IMG/VR virus record: IMGVR_UViG_3300017821_000056
Location: 32,001-96,000 of that record
Direction: 5' to 3' (one strand)
DNA length: 64,000 nt
Source of the DNA: a virus
Taxonomy: Duplodnaviria > Caudoviricetes
Position 1 is the stretch's first letter; each line of letters begins with the position of its first letter. Under the pieces are notes generated by a model. The model was not told the DNA's origin. It did not search any database and saw nothing but the letters and a program-made list of their open reading frames with translations. The position numbers and the translations under genes are program-made. Positions 36,938 to 47,448 of this stretch are shown here, piece by piece.

Positions 36938-38329
36938 GTGAGCCTCGGAACGCCGAACATCTATCCGGGTGTGCTCACCTACATGGGCATCGCACGCGAG
37001 CTGACGGCCGGCACGCCGATCGTGCCCGTGATCACCCACCCGCTGAACCAGTCCGAGTTCGAGCCCGAGGACATGCCCCGCTTCCTCGATGACAAGGCCA
37101 TCCGCGGATCGATGACGGACCTGTTCTATAAGACGCTCGGCGTCGAGTCGGCCACGTTCAGCCTGGGCGGCCCCAACTTCCTCGACACCCACGGCTATTT
37201 CTTCGACAACGTGTTCGGGGACCTGTCCACGACGGGCACCGGCGCCCTGAACCCGGCCACGTTCAACTCGGCGCTCGCGGTCGGCGCGACCCAGGGAACC
37301 CTGTCCGCCGTCCCTCCCGCCCAGTACACGGCCGGGGCGGTCCTCCAGATCGGGACCGGGGCGACCACCGAAGTCGTCGTCATCGGCTCCACCGCCGCCT
37401 CCAACGTGGTCAACTTCGCGATCAGCTCGGGCGGGGAAGCGTACCCGCTGCGGTTCACCCACCCGACCGGCCCGACGGTGAGCACGGTCACATCCCCGTA
37501 CACCCACAAGTGGGCCGCCCTCAACTCGGCGCTCGGCTACGGCGGCGCGTACGGGGCGCAGCCCCCCACGCACACCCTGACCGACGTGACGAACCTGGTC
37601 AACACGTTCACCAGCGCCACCTACGGCACCGTCGCCACCTCCACCTACGGGGCGCGGCAGTACCCGAGCGCCGTCCTCAAGGACATCTCGTTCTCCGGGA
37701 ACGCCGAGCAGCTCCTCAACATCCGGATGACCGGCGACTCGTGGCTGTCGGTGATCGCCGGGACCGCCGTCACCAACGTGACGACGAACAGCCGGCCCAT
37801 CCCGAACTGGACCGCCACCGTCGTCCTCGCGGGCAACACGATCAGCAGCAGCAACACCTACAACGGGGTCGGCGAGTTCAACGTCAGCGCCAAGCGCGCC
37901 ACCCAGGTGTACTGGACCGTCCAGGGCACCCAGACCCCGTACATCATCGCCCGCGGCCCGCTGACGATGGACGGCACCATCCAGTTCGACCCGTCGAACT
38001 CCGAGATGCCGCTGGACCTGATGCTGCTGAACAGCCAGGCGCCCCTGAGCATCTCGCTGACCAACGCGAACATCACGAACGCGGGCACCCCGTTCACGCT
38101 GACATTCACGATGTCCCAGGCGGCGATGACCAAGTCCAAGATCATGCGGAACAAGGCTCTCCTGGGCTTCGGGAACACCATGGAAGCCGTTGCTAACTCA
38201 ACGGATACGGGTGGTAGCGGAGGGTTGGGGCCGGGGACGATTACGCTCGTCAACAACACGGCCGTATACGCTCTGTCATCAGATGACTTCGATCTGTATC
38301 TGGCGGCGCGGCACCTGTCGGAGGTCTAG
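36938..38329 (+). CDS. major tail tube protein
   Basis: MGIARELTAGT, YTHKW; precedes chaperone and tape measure. Confidence 0.85.
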   Translation: MSLGTPNIYPGVLTYMGIARELTAGTPIVPVITHPLNQSEFEPEDMPRFLDDKAIRGSMTDLFYKTLGVESATFSLGGPNFLDTHGYFFDNVFGDLSTTGTGALNPATFNSALAVGATQGTLSAVPPAQYTAGAVLQIGTGATTEVVVIGSTAASNVVNFAISSGGEAYPLRFTHPTGPTVSTVTSPYTHKWAALNSALGYGGAYGAQPPTHTLTDVTNLVNTFTSATYGTVATSTYGARQYPSAVLKDISFSGNAEQLLNIRMTGDSWLSVIAGTAVTNVTTNSRPIPNWTATVVLAGNTISSSNTYNGVGEFNVSAKRATQVYWTVQGTQTPYIIARGPLTMDGTIQFDPSNSEMPLDLMLLNSQAPLSISLTNANITNAGTPFTLTFTMSQAAMTKSKIMRNKALLGFGNTMEAVANSTDTGGSGGLGPGTITLVNNTAVYALSSDDFDLYLAARHLSEV

Positions 38330-39069
38330 CCGGCTTCTTGCTGGCGCTTTCGCTCGCGCATGCGCCGCTTGCGTTCTCGGGCAAGTTCTCGGACATGCTC
38401 CTGCTGCTCGGGACTCAGTTCCGAGACCTTCGGGATCAGTCCTTCTGCCTGCCGGCGGCGTTGCTGCTCGCGAGCGCGAGCGCGGCGCTTCTCAAGCTCA
38501 TTGGGCGGCAGGTCGGCCGATGGTGTCCACACCTGCTTGCCTGTCGCTTTCCTCGCGTAGTACTGCTCCAGTCCGCGCTCGCGCTTGCAGGTCAGGCAGA
38601 CCCGGCTCCCCTTGTTGTTGATCATGGTGTTCTCGGGCGTGTACTCATGACCCTGCGGGCACTCGGTGACATTCAACTGCCACGTAGTCCCGTGGCGGTG
38701 CTTGTCTCGCATGTTCTCGGCATGGGTCCCGTAGATCAGGTTGCCGCCAGCGGCCACGGTCTCCGCTTCATCGCCGGGTGCCCAGCGGTTGTTGCCGGGG
38801 TTGCCGTCCAGGTGGCGGACTTCCTGCCCTTCGGGGCAGGGGCCGACGAACGCCTCCATGACGATCTTGTGGACCTGGCGGGGCTTCTGCTTGCCGTCTT
38901 TGGTCAGGGTGACCCAGTGGTATCCGTTCGCCTTGACAATGACGTGCTTGAGGATGCCGCCGCGGGTTGTTGCTCGCGGCTCGCTCCAGACGTCACCCCG
39001 GTCTGATACGCGGTACAGGCCCTCGTAGTCAGGTACCCAGGCCCAGCGTTCGGGCGTAACGTCATCCAT
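38326..39069 (-). mobile_element. NUMOD4-HNH homing endonuclease
   Basis: W..VPDYEGLYRVSDRG; VHKIVMEAFVG; RHLDGN..NN..NL; CPQGHEY. Confidence 0.9.
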
Positions 39070-39153
39070 GTCGGAACCTCTCATCCAGGTTTCGGCCACG
39101 CCCCCGGACGATTTGCACTCGTCGCGGGGGTCTTTTCGTGCCTACATTCTACC
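39070..39153 (-). promoter_or_regulatory. TAGAAT promoter and two-hairpin 5' leader of HNH gene
   Basis: Stems 39070-39096 (covers RBS) and 39101-39130. Confidence 0.6.
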
Positions 39154-39220
39154 AGCTAGGAGCGGCGAATGGGCTTTGCCTCGCGGCATTCAGCCTCCCG
39201 CATAGGGGAGGTGATGCTTT

Positions 39221-40435
39221 ATGGCTAGGCTTATGTGGCACTCATGTGCTCCGTGGTCTGCCAGTTTAAAATGCGGATACGGAACCCAGACCGCGATCTG
39301 GACCCGGAAGCTCAAGGAAATGGGCCATGAGGTCCTGATCAGCAATTTCTGGGGACTGCATGGCTGTTCCCTGGAATGGAACGGCATCCCGGTGCTGCCC
39401 GCGTTCGGCGGGTCGTACTGCACCCCGTCGCTCGCCCAGCATGCGAAGCACGCGGACCCGGACCTGATCATCTGCCTGGGTGACATCTGGCCGATGGACC
39501 CGTCGCTGATGGCCGGGCTGCCTTTGGCGCACTGGCTGCCGTCGGACTGCCGGCCGATGTCGATGGCGGACCGGGAGAAGGCGGAGGCGGCGGGGCCGCA
39601 GCTGATCGCGATGTCCCGGTTCGGGGAGGCCCGGTTCCGGGCGGCCGGGTTCCGGGATGTCCGGTACGTGCCGCACGGCATCGACCTGGAGGCGTTCAGG
39701 CCGCCGGAGGACCGGGACGCGCTCCGGAAGGCGGCGGGGCTGGACGGGGCGTTCGTGGTGGGCGCGAACATGGCCAACAATGACGCGATCCGCAAGGCAT
39801 TGCCCGAGATCATGCTGGCGTTCGCCCGGTTCCACTCCGACCATCCGGATGCGCTGCTGGCCCTGCACACGGGGGTGCACCAGGACGGCGGCCAGGACCT
39901 GGAGGCGATCGCGGAGAACCTGGGGATCACGGACCGGTGCAAGGTGGTGGACCAGTACCGGTACACGTCCGGGTTCGTCACCGAGGAGGACCTGCGCGGC
40001 TGGTACGGGACGGTTGACGTGCTGTGCGCGGCGTCGTACGCGGAGGGGTTCGGGCTGCCGATCGTGGAAGCCCAGGCCGTCGGCTGCCCGGTGATCACGA
40101 CGGCGTGCTCGAGCATGGAAGAGCTTAACCCGCTGGGGATCTCGGTGGACGGCTCGCCATTTTGGAATGGCGTCCATCGCGCCTGGTGGGTCCGCCCCGA
40201 CGTCCGCGGGCTTTACGAGGCGTTCTGCCTGGCATACGAAAACCGCGACAGCGTGGACCGGGGGAAGCTGCGGGAGTTCGCGGCCGGCAACTACGAGGTG
40301 GGCCACGTGGCGGAAACGTACATGAAGCCCGTCGTCGATGAGCTTCTGGAAGTTATGGCACAGCGGCGCGGGAAGCGCCCGGAACTACAGGAAGCAGGCG
40401 CGGATGCGGATAACGCTGCCGTCGAAGCAGGCTGA
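39221..40435 (+). CDS. GT-B (family 4-like) glycosyltransferase with 9-nt TTA-led insert
   Basis: GYGTQ, VPHGID, EGFGLPIVEAQAVG. Confidence 0.9.
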   Translation: MARLMWHSCAPWSASLKCGYGTQTAIWTRKLKEMGHEVLISNFWGLHGCSLEWNGIPVLPAFGGSYCTPSLAQHAKHADPDLIICLGDIWPMDPSLMAGLPLAHWLPSDCRPMSMADREKAEAAGPQLIAMSRFGEARFRAAGFRDVRYVPHGIDLEAFRPPEDRDALRKAAGLDGAFVVGANMANNDAIRKALPEIMLAFARFHSDHPDALLALHTGVHQDGGQDLEAIAENLGITDRCKVVDQYRYTSGFVTEEDLRGWYGTVDVLCAASYAEGFGLPIVEAQAVGCPVITTACSSMEELNPLGISVDGSPFWNGVHRAWWVRPDVRGLYEAFCLAYENRDSVDRGKLREFAAGNYEVGHVAETYMKPVVDELLEVMAQRRGKRPELQEAGADADNAAVEAG

Positions 40436-41011
40436 CGGGTCGGAGAACTGGGTCGAGGTGAAGGGGGCCGACGACTTCCTCGCCGCCGACCTGTTCGCCA
40501 TGCACCGGGCGGTGCGGATCACCAACGACCCGACGGGGAAGACCAGCTACAGTCCTGCGGAGATGGCCGACGACCGGGTGAACGCGTTCCTCGGCGCGGC
40601 GATCACCGGGTGGTCGTTCCCGTCGCCGGTCCCTTCGCAGGCGAACGTAGCGGCGGCGGACGTGGTGATCGGCCGGGCGATGAAAGCCCGTGACTGGGCG
40701 GTGCTGCGGAACAAGGTCCAGCCGCTGATGGACGAGCTCGAAGGCGCCGACAGCAGCGACGATGCCGGGGACCCAAAAGAGACATCGCCCGGTTCCTGAT
40801 CTACCGGGCGAACCCGCAGGCCGACCCGGCCCGCGCCCCGGCGCTGCCGGACGGGTTCCCGGTGGTGATGTTCACGTACCGGATGTTCGCGGAACTGTAC
40901 GGGTGGACGCCGGAGCAGGTGCGGTCGCTGCGGCGGGATGAGCTGTACTGGCTGCCGGTGACGGCGGAGGCGTTCCGGGAAGCGGCTGAGACGCTCGCAG
41001 GCAAGGATTGA
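40404..41011 (+). CDS. tail assembly chaperone G (40404-40799) and -1 frameshift product GT (to 41011)
   Basis: Slippery C CCA AAA at 40772-40778; -1 frame has FAELYGWTPEQV. Confidence 0.85.
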
Positions 41012-41032
41012 GGACCGGGCCGGGGTGATCGC

Positions 41033-41515
41033 ATGGCCGTGACCCCGGAGCAGAACCTGGCGCATCTGGAGCAGGTGCGGCGCAGGGCCCGGTACGGTGC
41101 TACGGCGGCAGCGACGGCGATGGCGAAGTACGTCCGGGACCGGGCGCGCGACGATACCTTGCAGCGGACCCGGCACCAGAAAGGCGAATGGTACCGGCAG
41201 CGGCCCGGCGAGCCGCCCGCGCGGGCGTCGGGGGCGCTGATCCGGGACATGTTCTACAAGCCGGCGTCCGGGGGCCTGCGGGCCACGGCGCTGGCGGGGA
41301 ACAAGTCCGAGTACGGGCGGATCCTCGAGTTCGGGTGCGTGATCGTCCCGGTGAACAGGAAGTTCATGCACTGGACGGACTCCGGCGGGTCCTGGTATCA
41401 CACGATGCTGGTCGTCCCCGCGCACCCGTACCTGTCCACGACGACGGACGAGGCGATCGATGACGGGGAGCTTCAGCGGGCTGCGGTAGAGGCGTTCCGG
41501 GATTACGACCCCTGA
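41033..41515 (+). CDS. HK97 gp10-like neck/tail completion protein
   Basis: PGEPPARASGAL, YGRILEFG, PAHPYL. Confidence 0.8.
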   Translation: MAVTPEQNLAHLEQVRRRARYGATAAATAMAKYVRDRARDDTLQRTRHQKGEWYRQRPGEPPARASGALIRDMFYKPASGGLRATALAGNKSEYGRILEFGCVIVPVNRKFMHWTDSGGSWYHTMLVVPAHPYLSTTTDEAIDDGELQRAAVEAFRDYDP

Positions 41516-41557
41516 CCCTGACCTGCTCCTGCCACGGTGCCCGGATGGGGGTGAGCC

Positions 41558-44500
41558 GTGCCTAGAGGCCTCCCTTCCGTGGAGCAGCAGTTTTCCGCCG
41601 AGACGAGCGGGTACGACGCCGGCATTGCCCGGATGGTCGAGGACAACCGCCGGCTGATCGCCTCGATCGGGGACGTGCAGAAGCAGGTCGGCGAGATGAA
41701 CCGGCTGCTCGGTTCCCTGCCTGACCGCAAGGCGATCAGGATCAGCGTCGAAGGCGCCGACAGCGCGATAGCCGAGATAGCCAAGGTGAAGGCCGCGCTG
41801 GACGGCCTGGGCGATAAGAGCATCGCCATCGGCGGCAGCGAGGCGATGGTCCGCGAGCTGCGGGACATCTCGGCGTCGATGGACATGGCGACGTCTTCCA
41901 TGGGCCGGATGGAAGAACACCTGACCGTCATCAGCCGCAGCGTGCAGGATTCGTCCGCTGACCTGATGATGCAGACGCAGATGCTGCGGGACAACGCCGA
42001 CGCGCACAACGCGGCAGCGACAGCGGTAGCAGCGCTGGCGACAGCACGCGGCGGCGCTGGCGGGGGCAGCGGATGGGGTGCCGCAGCAGCCGGCGCCGCC
42101 GCGGGTGCCGCAGCGGGCGGCGGGGGCGGGGGCGGAGGAGGTGCCCCCGGCTTCGTCCCGTGGGCTGGTGGCGGCTGGCAGGCGGTCCGCTTCTGGGGGA
42201 TGATGGGCGCCGAAGTCGCCTCCACCGTGGTCCCCGCTCTCGTCGCCGCAGGCTCGGCGGCCCTGGTCGGCGCGCAGGGGTTCGAGCAGTTGCAGAACCG
42301 AGCGCAGGCGATCTACACGACTAGCGAGGCCCTGGGCGCCTCGCTGAACCAGACGTTCGGCTCGTTTGTCGTCGGCGGCAAGTACGGGAACGCCTTGCAG
42401 CAGGCCCAGAACATGGCCCAGGGCGCCGTGTACGGGATCGCCGGGGCAGGGATCAATCTTCTCCAGGGAGGCGCGGGCCAGGGGCTGCTGAACATGGGCG
42501 TCCAGACCACCGACATGATCAGCCGGAGCGCCGCGCAACTCGTGCTCAGTGCCCAGCAGCGGGGTCTCGGCGCGCAGCTCACCGGGCTGGTCGGCGGCGG
42601 CCCCCGGTACCTGCAGCAGTTCGGGCAGGTCGGGGCGAACCTGGGGAACATCCTGCTGGGTGTCGCGCCGAATCTGCCGGGGGTCGGCAAGGACCTCCTG
42701 TCCACCCTGGTGGGCGGGACCGGGGTCCTGGCGGCCGGTGCCGAGAACATCCCCAGCCCTCTCCTGAAAGGCTTCTTCACATACGAGGCCGCGTCCCGGT
42801 GGCTGCCCGCGCTGCTCGGCGGGCAGGGGCTGATCGGCAGGGCACTGGGCCTGCGGGGAGTCGGCGGCCTCGGCGGGCTGATCAGCAAGGGCGGGGAAGC
42901 GCTTTTCACCCGCGGCATGGGGGGTGCCCTCGGGGATGTCGGGCTCGGCGCGATGGGCTTCGGGGACACGCTCGCGGCGCTGACCGGTCCTGAGGTGGCG
43001 ATTCCTCTCGCGCTGATGCAGGCTGAGTTCGCGGGGCTTAACATGCTCCCGCGCGGCGCAGGAGGCGCGGCAGCGGGACAGATCGCGGGCTTGCGGGCGG
43101 GGATCACGGCGGGGGGTTTCACCGGGGCGTGGCAGCCGCTCGCCCAGGCGATCACCAAGATGTCCGGGTTCCAGGCCGGCCTGCCGGACTACGTGAGGAT
43201 GGCCGCGCCGACGCAGCAGATGCTGGCTTCCAGGGAGGGGGCCGGCCTGCAGGCCGCCTACGCCACGTCGCCTCAGGTGCTGACCGGGCAGGCGATGCAG
43301 ACCTGGACCCAGCAGCTAGGCGACCTGGTTGCGAGCGGACCGCAGCTGGTGTCCGCTCTGCAGAAAGCGGGGCTGAACACCAGCAACATGGCGGACGCGT
43401 TCATGATCGCGCAAAACGCGGGACTGGACCTGTCGCACTCTTTCAAGGCGAACGGGCAGCTGACCGATGTTGCCACGCAGCAGCTGAAGCAGTACACCGC
43501 CGCCATCGCGCCGATGACGAGGAGCACCGGCGCGTTCGGCGCGGCGGTGTCCGCGCAGTACATCATGGGCCAGCCTGCGGTGCAGAACGTCGCGAAGGTC
43601 AACCAGGCCATGGATTCCATGACCCAGATCATGACGGGAGGTCCCCTGGGTCAGGCGGGCCTGACCGGTGCGCTGGCGTCGATCCAGACTCTCGGCACCA
43701 CGCTGTCCAGTCTCGCCGCCGCACCTCCGGGTGCGGCAGGCCTGGCGAAAGCGAACACGGCGGTAGTCGCGCAGGCTTTGTCCAACGTGATCACCCCGGG
43801 CGGGGCGGCGGCATGGCAGGCGTTCGCCGGGTCCCCGGGCGGGGTTCCCGGGGTGATCCCGTCAACGCAGGCGATCATGGATCAGCTGCGGACGGCGCTG
43901 GCGATGGGCGCGATCGGTATTTCCGGGTCGGTGGCAGGAGGGGCACCTACTCCGGGCGGGGCGGCGGGCCTGGCCGGGTTCAATATTCTCCAGGCGCTCC
44001 CGGTTGCCCGGCAGTCCCCGGCGGCACTGGCATCGCTGATGCAGCAGGGCGCGCAGATGGGCGTGACCCCGTACTACGACCCGACTAAATCCCTGGCGCA
44101 GAACTATGCGGCTGCCGCGACCGCCGCCGGGAAGGTCGCGGACAATGCCAAGACGGCGAACATAGCTACGCAGGGTCAGGTCGTGAACTTGTCCCGGATG
44201 CCGCAGCTGGCCCAGCAGTTCGTCGGCGGCCTGAACGCGCAGACCCTGGCGAACCAGCTCGCGGACGCATCCAAGGCAGTGGGCCAGATCAGCACGCAGG
44301 CCGGGAAAGGGCTGGTCGACAAGGGCGCGCTGACCCAGCTGGTCGGTGATTTCAAGACGGCAGGGATTCAGGGTGCGGGGAATATCAAGGCGGCCCTGGA
44401 TTCGGCGCTGACCACAGCGGGCGTCTCCCAGACGATGCGGCTCAAGATCGAGGCTGAGGTTACGCCGCATGTCGATACCGCCGCAGTGAAGGCGGTGAAA

Positions 44501-46156
44501 ATCCCGGCGCAGCTGGAGACGAAGCTCGGCGCGCAGGATCTCCAGCAGCTGAAAGCATCAGGGACGGTCACGTGGACGAATAAGACCACCCCGCTTCCCT
44601 CTCAGCATGCAGGCGGCACGGTTGCGTGGCATAACAGTTTCACGATCCCCGCTGTCCCGACATTGCATGGCCAGATCATCTACACGACGACAATCGTCGG
44701 CGGCGTGGCGACTATCGGCACGACGAATGCCCAGGGATTCCAGAATGTCTCCCCGATAAAAGCCGCCCAGCGCGGCTTCAAGGTCCCCGGCTTCGGCGGC
44801 GGGGACATCTGGGGCCCGGCGATGCTCGAACCCGGTGAGCTGGTCGTCCCGAAGGGCATGGTGGCGGCCGGGGCGGTCGATCACCTGCGGGGGAAGATCC
44901 CCGGGTTCCAGGGCGGGGGGATGGTCCCGTACTTTCCCGGGGTGAGCGTGGCGATCCGCGCATCCATGCAGGATGTCGCGGCCGAGCTGGTCAGCTTCAT
45001 CCAGCAGGCCATGTCGTCGGTGACCGGAACCCTGCGTTCCGGCGGTGGTTACATGCAGCCTTACGGCGGGCTGCAGCCGTCCATGGTCCGCCCGCCGCAT
45101 ACCGCCGGTGGGTCGCCTGGTTCTATCCCGGTGCATGTGGCGAGTGTCGCGCCTGCTGCTGCTGCCGCCATGAGCGGCGGTGCTCCCGGTGCGCCGCTGC
45201 CGATGCCCGCGGCGGCGCAGAAAGTCCTCGACGCCTTCGAGAAAACCTTCAAGAGCATGGGTGACCCGTGGGGGAAACTCGCGTCGGAAATCCTCACCGG
45301 GCTTGAAGCAGCGGTGAAAGACCCGATGAAGGAGACAGCGGCAGCAGCGCAGAAACTCGTTAACCAGGTCACGACGGAGATTAATTTCGGGAAGAACCTG
45401 GCAGCGCAGACCCTGCAGGGCCTGAATCTCGCAGGGATGACCGTCCCCGCCCCGGGGAGCGCTATCCAGATGGTGCAGCCGGGTCCGGGGGCTAAAGGGT
45501 TCAACGCTGCCTCGTACAACGCGTACGTTCAGGCGTTCGCCGGTAACACCCTGCCTGGTGACGTGAACGCTGCGGCGCAGCCGCAGTCGGTGCAGCAGCA
45601 GATGCAGTCCTACCTGAAGTCCATCCAGGCGTTCTCCAAGGACATCGGGGAACTGTCCAAGGGCGGGCTGAGCAAGGCCGTCTTGCAGCAGCTGCTGGCT
45701 GCCGGGCCGGCACAGGGGGATGCGCTGGCGCAGTCGATCATGAGCGGCCCCGGGGGGATCAAGGCGGTCAACCAGCTGTACCAGCAGATCCAGAAGGCAT
45801 CGACGGGTCTGGGTGTCGCGGGGATGGAAGGCGTGTACGGGGCGCCGAAACAGCTGGCAGGCGCGATCAGCCAGGTGCATGGGAAGAAAGTGGATATTCA
45901 GACGAGCGCCCCTACGGGTCCGGTGCTGGCGTTGCAGTCCGCGATCAACGCCCTGCACGGCAAGACGGTGACCATCAAGGTGGTCATCGACACCGGCACC
46001 GGCGGCGGCGGCAAAGCCAGCGGTGCCCCTGTCTCCCTCGGGGACCTGTCCAAGGCGGACATCAACCACATCACCGCCCAGGTCCAGGCGTCACTCCTGC
46101 AGCAGGCCAAGCGCAACCGCCGGACCGGCCTCACCCTCCCGGGCTACGGGTCCTGA
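41558..46156 (+). CDS. tape measure protein
   Basis: 1532 aa Ala/Gly/Gln-rich helical protein after chaperone; VPGFGGGD...LEPGELVV motif. Confidence 0.9.
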   Translation: MPRGLPSVEQQFSAETSGYDAGIARMVEDNRRLIASIGDVQKQVGEMNRLLGSLPDRKAIRISVEGADSAIAEIAKVKAALDGLGDKSIAIGGSEAMVRELRDISASMDMATSSMGRMEEHLTVISRSVQDSSADLMMQTQMLRDNADAHNAAATAVAALATARGGAGGGSGWGAAAAGAAAGAAAGGGGGGGGGAPGFVPWAGGGWQAVRFWGMMGAEVASTVVPALVAAGSAALVGAQGFEQLQNRAQAIYTTSEALGASLNQTFGSFVVGGKYGNALQQAQNMAQGAVYGIAGAGINLLQGGAGQGLLNMGVQTTDMISRSAAQLVLSAQQRGLGAQLTGLVGGGPRYLQQFGQVGANLGNILLGVAPNLPGVGKDLLSTLVGGTGVLAAGAENIPSPLLKGFFTYEAASRWLPALLGGQGLIGRALGLRGVGGLGGLISKGGEALFTRGMGGALGDVGLGAMGFGDTLAALTGPEVAIPLALMQAEFAGLNMLPRGAGGAAAGQIAGLRAGITAGGFTGAWQPLAQAITKMSGFQAGLPDYVRMAAPTQQMLASREGAGLQAAYATSPQVLTGQAMQTWTQQLGDLVASGPQLVSALQKAGLNTSNMADAFMIAQNAGLDLSHSFKANGQLTDVATQQLKQYTAAIAPMTRSTGAFGAAVSAQYIMGQPAVQNVAKVNQAMDSMTQIMTGGPLGQAGLTGALASIQTLGTTLSSLAAAPPGAAGLAKANTAVVAQALSNVITPGGAAAWQAFAGSPGGVPGVIPSTQAIMDQLRTALAMGAIGISGSVAGGAPTPGGAAGLAGFNILQALPVARQSPAALASLMQQGAQMGVTPYYDPTKSLAQNYAAAATAAGKVADNAKTANIATQGQVVNLSRMPQLAQQFVGGLNAQTLANQLADASKAVGQISTQAGKGLVDKGALTQLVGDFKTAGIQGAGNIKAALDSALTTAGVSQTMRLKIEAEVTPHVDTAAVKAVKIPAQLETKLGAQDLQQLKASGTVTWTNKTTPLPSQHAGGTVAWHNSFTIPAVPTLHGQIIYTTTIVGGVATIGTTNAQGFQNVSPIKAAQRGFKVPGFGGGDIWGPAMLEPGELVVPKGMVAAGAVDHLRGKIPGFQGGGMVPYFPGVSVAIRASMQDVAAELVSFIQQAMSSVTGTLRSGGGYMQPYGGLQPSMVRPPHTAGGSPGSIPVHVASVAPAAAAAMSGGAPGAPLPMPAAAQKVLDAFEKTFKSMGDPWGKLASEILTGLEAAVKDPMKETAAAAQKLVNQVTTEINFGKNLAAQTLQGLNLAGMTVPAPGSAIQMVQPGPGAKGFNAASYNAYVQAFAGNTLPGDVNAAAQPQSVQQQMQSYLKSIQAFSKDIGELSKGGLSKAVLQQLLAAGPAQGDALAQSIMSGPGGIKAVNQLYQQIQKASTGLGVAGMEGVYGAPKQLAGAISQVHGKKVDIQTSAPTGPVLALQSAINALHGKTVTIKVVIDTGTGGGGKASGAPVSLGDLSKADINHITAQVQASLLQQAKRNRRTGLTLPGYGS

Positions 46157-46200
46157 CTCCTCCTTCCCTCTCGCTGCTGCCTTAAGGCGGTGCCATCACC

Positions 46201-46389
46201 ATGCCCGAACCCGCCCCCCTGACCGTCACCTGCGACTCGTGCGGGGCCTCGGCCAGGACCTTTAACGGCTCCGACCCGGACGGTGCCCTGGAGTGCGGCT
46301 GCTGCCCGGAGGACCACAGCCATGCGGGGCTCGGCTGCCGCACCGTCACCATCTCGGCCACGGCGTACCTGACCGGCGAAGCCAGCTGA
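46201..46389 (+). CDS. small Cys/His protein
   Basis: CDSC...CGCCPEDHSH; TAAGGCGGTG RBS. Confidence 0.7.
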   Translation: MPEPAPLTVTCDSCGASARTFNGSDPDGALECGCCPEDHSHAGLGCRTVTISATAYLTGEAS

Positions 46390-46433
46390 CTTCCCCGGAC
46401 ACCCCGGGCTTGACCCCGAAGGAGTGAGCAGCC

Positions 46434-47021
46434 ATCAGTACCTACACCGGCACCCAGACCGAGGTGATCTTCGCCAACGGGTTCGCCTACCCCGCGGCAG
46501 CCGCCTCATCGAGCTCGGCCCAGTCGCTGATGACCGGGGCGACCGGGAAGTACCAGCAGCCGGTGTACTGGGGCGGGTTCTGGCAGCAAGGCCGGTCCAA
46601 CCAGACATCCACCATCGACTTCTCCGTCATCCTGGCGGGCCAGGGATCAGCGACCACCGCGATCTTCACCGCCGGGCTGAACACCGCGTCGAACAACATC
46701 TCCGGCAGCACCCTGGTCGCCTGCAACGCGTTCACGTGCACCTCTTTTTCCTCGGGGACGGTCGCCGGGCATATCGAGATCTCCAACTTCGGCTCCGGGT
46801 ACGGCACGTCCTCGGTGGCCACGAACCTGTGGTCGACGATCTCGCTGATCGCCAACAACGGGTCCACCACGGGCGGGGTGGTGGCGGCGGGAGGGCCGAC
46901 GCAGCTGGCCACGATCGACTTCTCGGTGAACCAGTGGCTGTACCTGACGGTCACGTTCTCCACGTCCAGCTCGAGCAATTCGGCGACGCTCCAGCAGCTG
47001 ATCGTGAGAGGTGACAACTAG
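46434..47021 (+). CDS. minor tail protein with probable ATC start
   Basis: GAAGGAG-9nt-ATC AGT ACC TAC ACC; GTG 46464 lacks a properly spaced RBS. Confidence 0.7.
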   Translation: MSTYTGTQTEVIFANGFAYPAAAASSSSAQSLMTGATGKYQQPVYWGGFWQQGRSNQTSTIDFSVILAGQGSATTAIFTAGLNTASNNISGSTLVACNAFTCTSFSSGTVAGHIEISNFGSGYGTSSVATNLWSTISLIANNGSTTGGVVAAGGPTQLATIDFSVNQWLYLTVTFSTSSSSNSATLQQLIVRGDN

Positions 47022-47052
47022 GTGGCCTTTCTGCAGCTAAGGCGGTGATTTA

Positions 47053-47448
47053 ATGGCTATGTTCGACCAGACCGACGCCACGAACCTGCTAGCTGCCATC
47101 CTCAATAACACCAGCTACACCACGGTGGCCGCGACGCACATCCGCCTCGGCACGAATGCGCCCACGGCCGGCGCCAATATGACCGAGCTCGGCGGCGGCT
47201 CCGGGTACACGACGGGCGGGGCGTCCATCTCCTGGAACACCGTGTCGGCGGCGGCCACGTCGAACTCGGGCACCGTGTCGTGGACGAACTCGGGGTCTGG
47301 CTGGACCCTGGTGGGGCTGGAGATCTGGGACACGGCGGGGACGCCGCTGAGGCACCTGTTCGGGACGTGGACGGGGCAGCCGGTCAGCGTGGCGACGGGC
47401 AATACGTTCCAGGTCGCTGCCGCTGGCATCGCCGTGTCGCTCGTGTTA
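47053..47448 (+). CDS. minor tail protein, apparently ending at TTA
   Basis: ELGGGSGY...IWDTAG...VATGNTFQVAAAGIAVSLV family-like end, then TTA. Confidence 0.75.

Noticed and set aside
40338-40403. In-frame TTA in upstream extensions of ORFs 40338 and 55072
   Set aside because: They lie upstream of the RBS-supported starts (40404, 55363), inside other genes' frames.
40772-40778. -1 frameshift as a novel recoding event
   Set aside because: Standard tail assembly chaperone G/GT frameshift; listed as a feature only.
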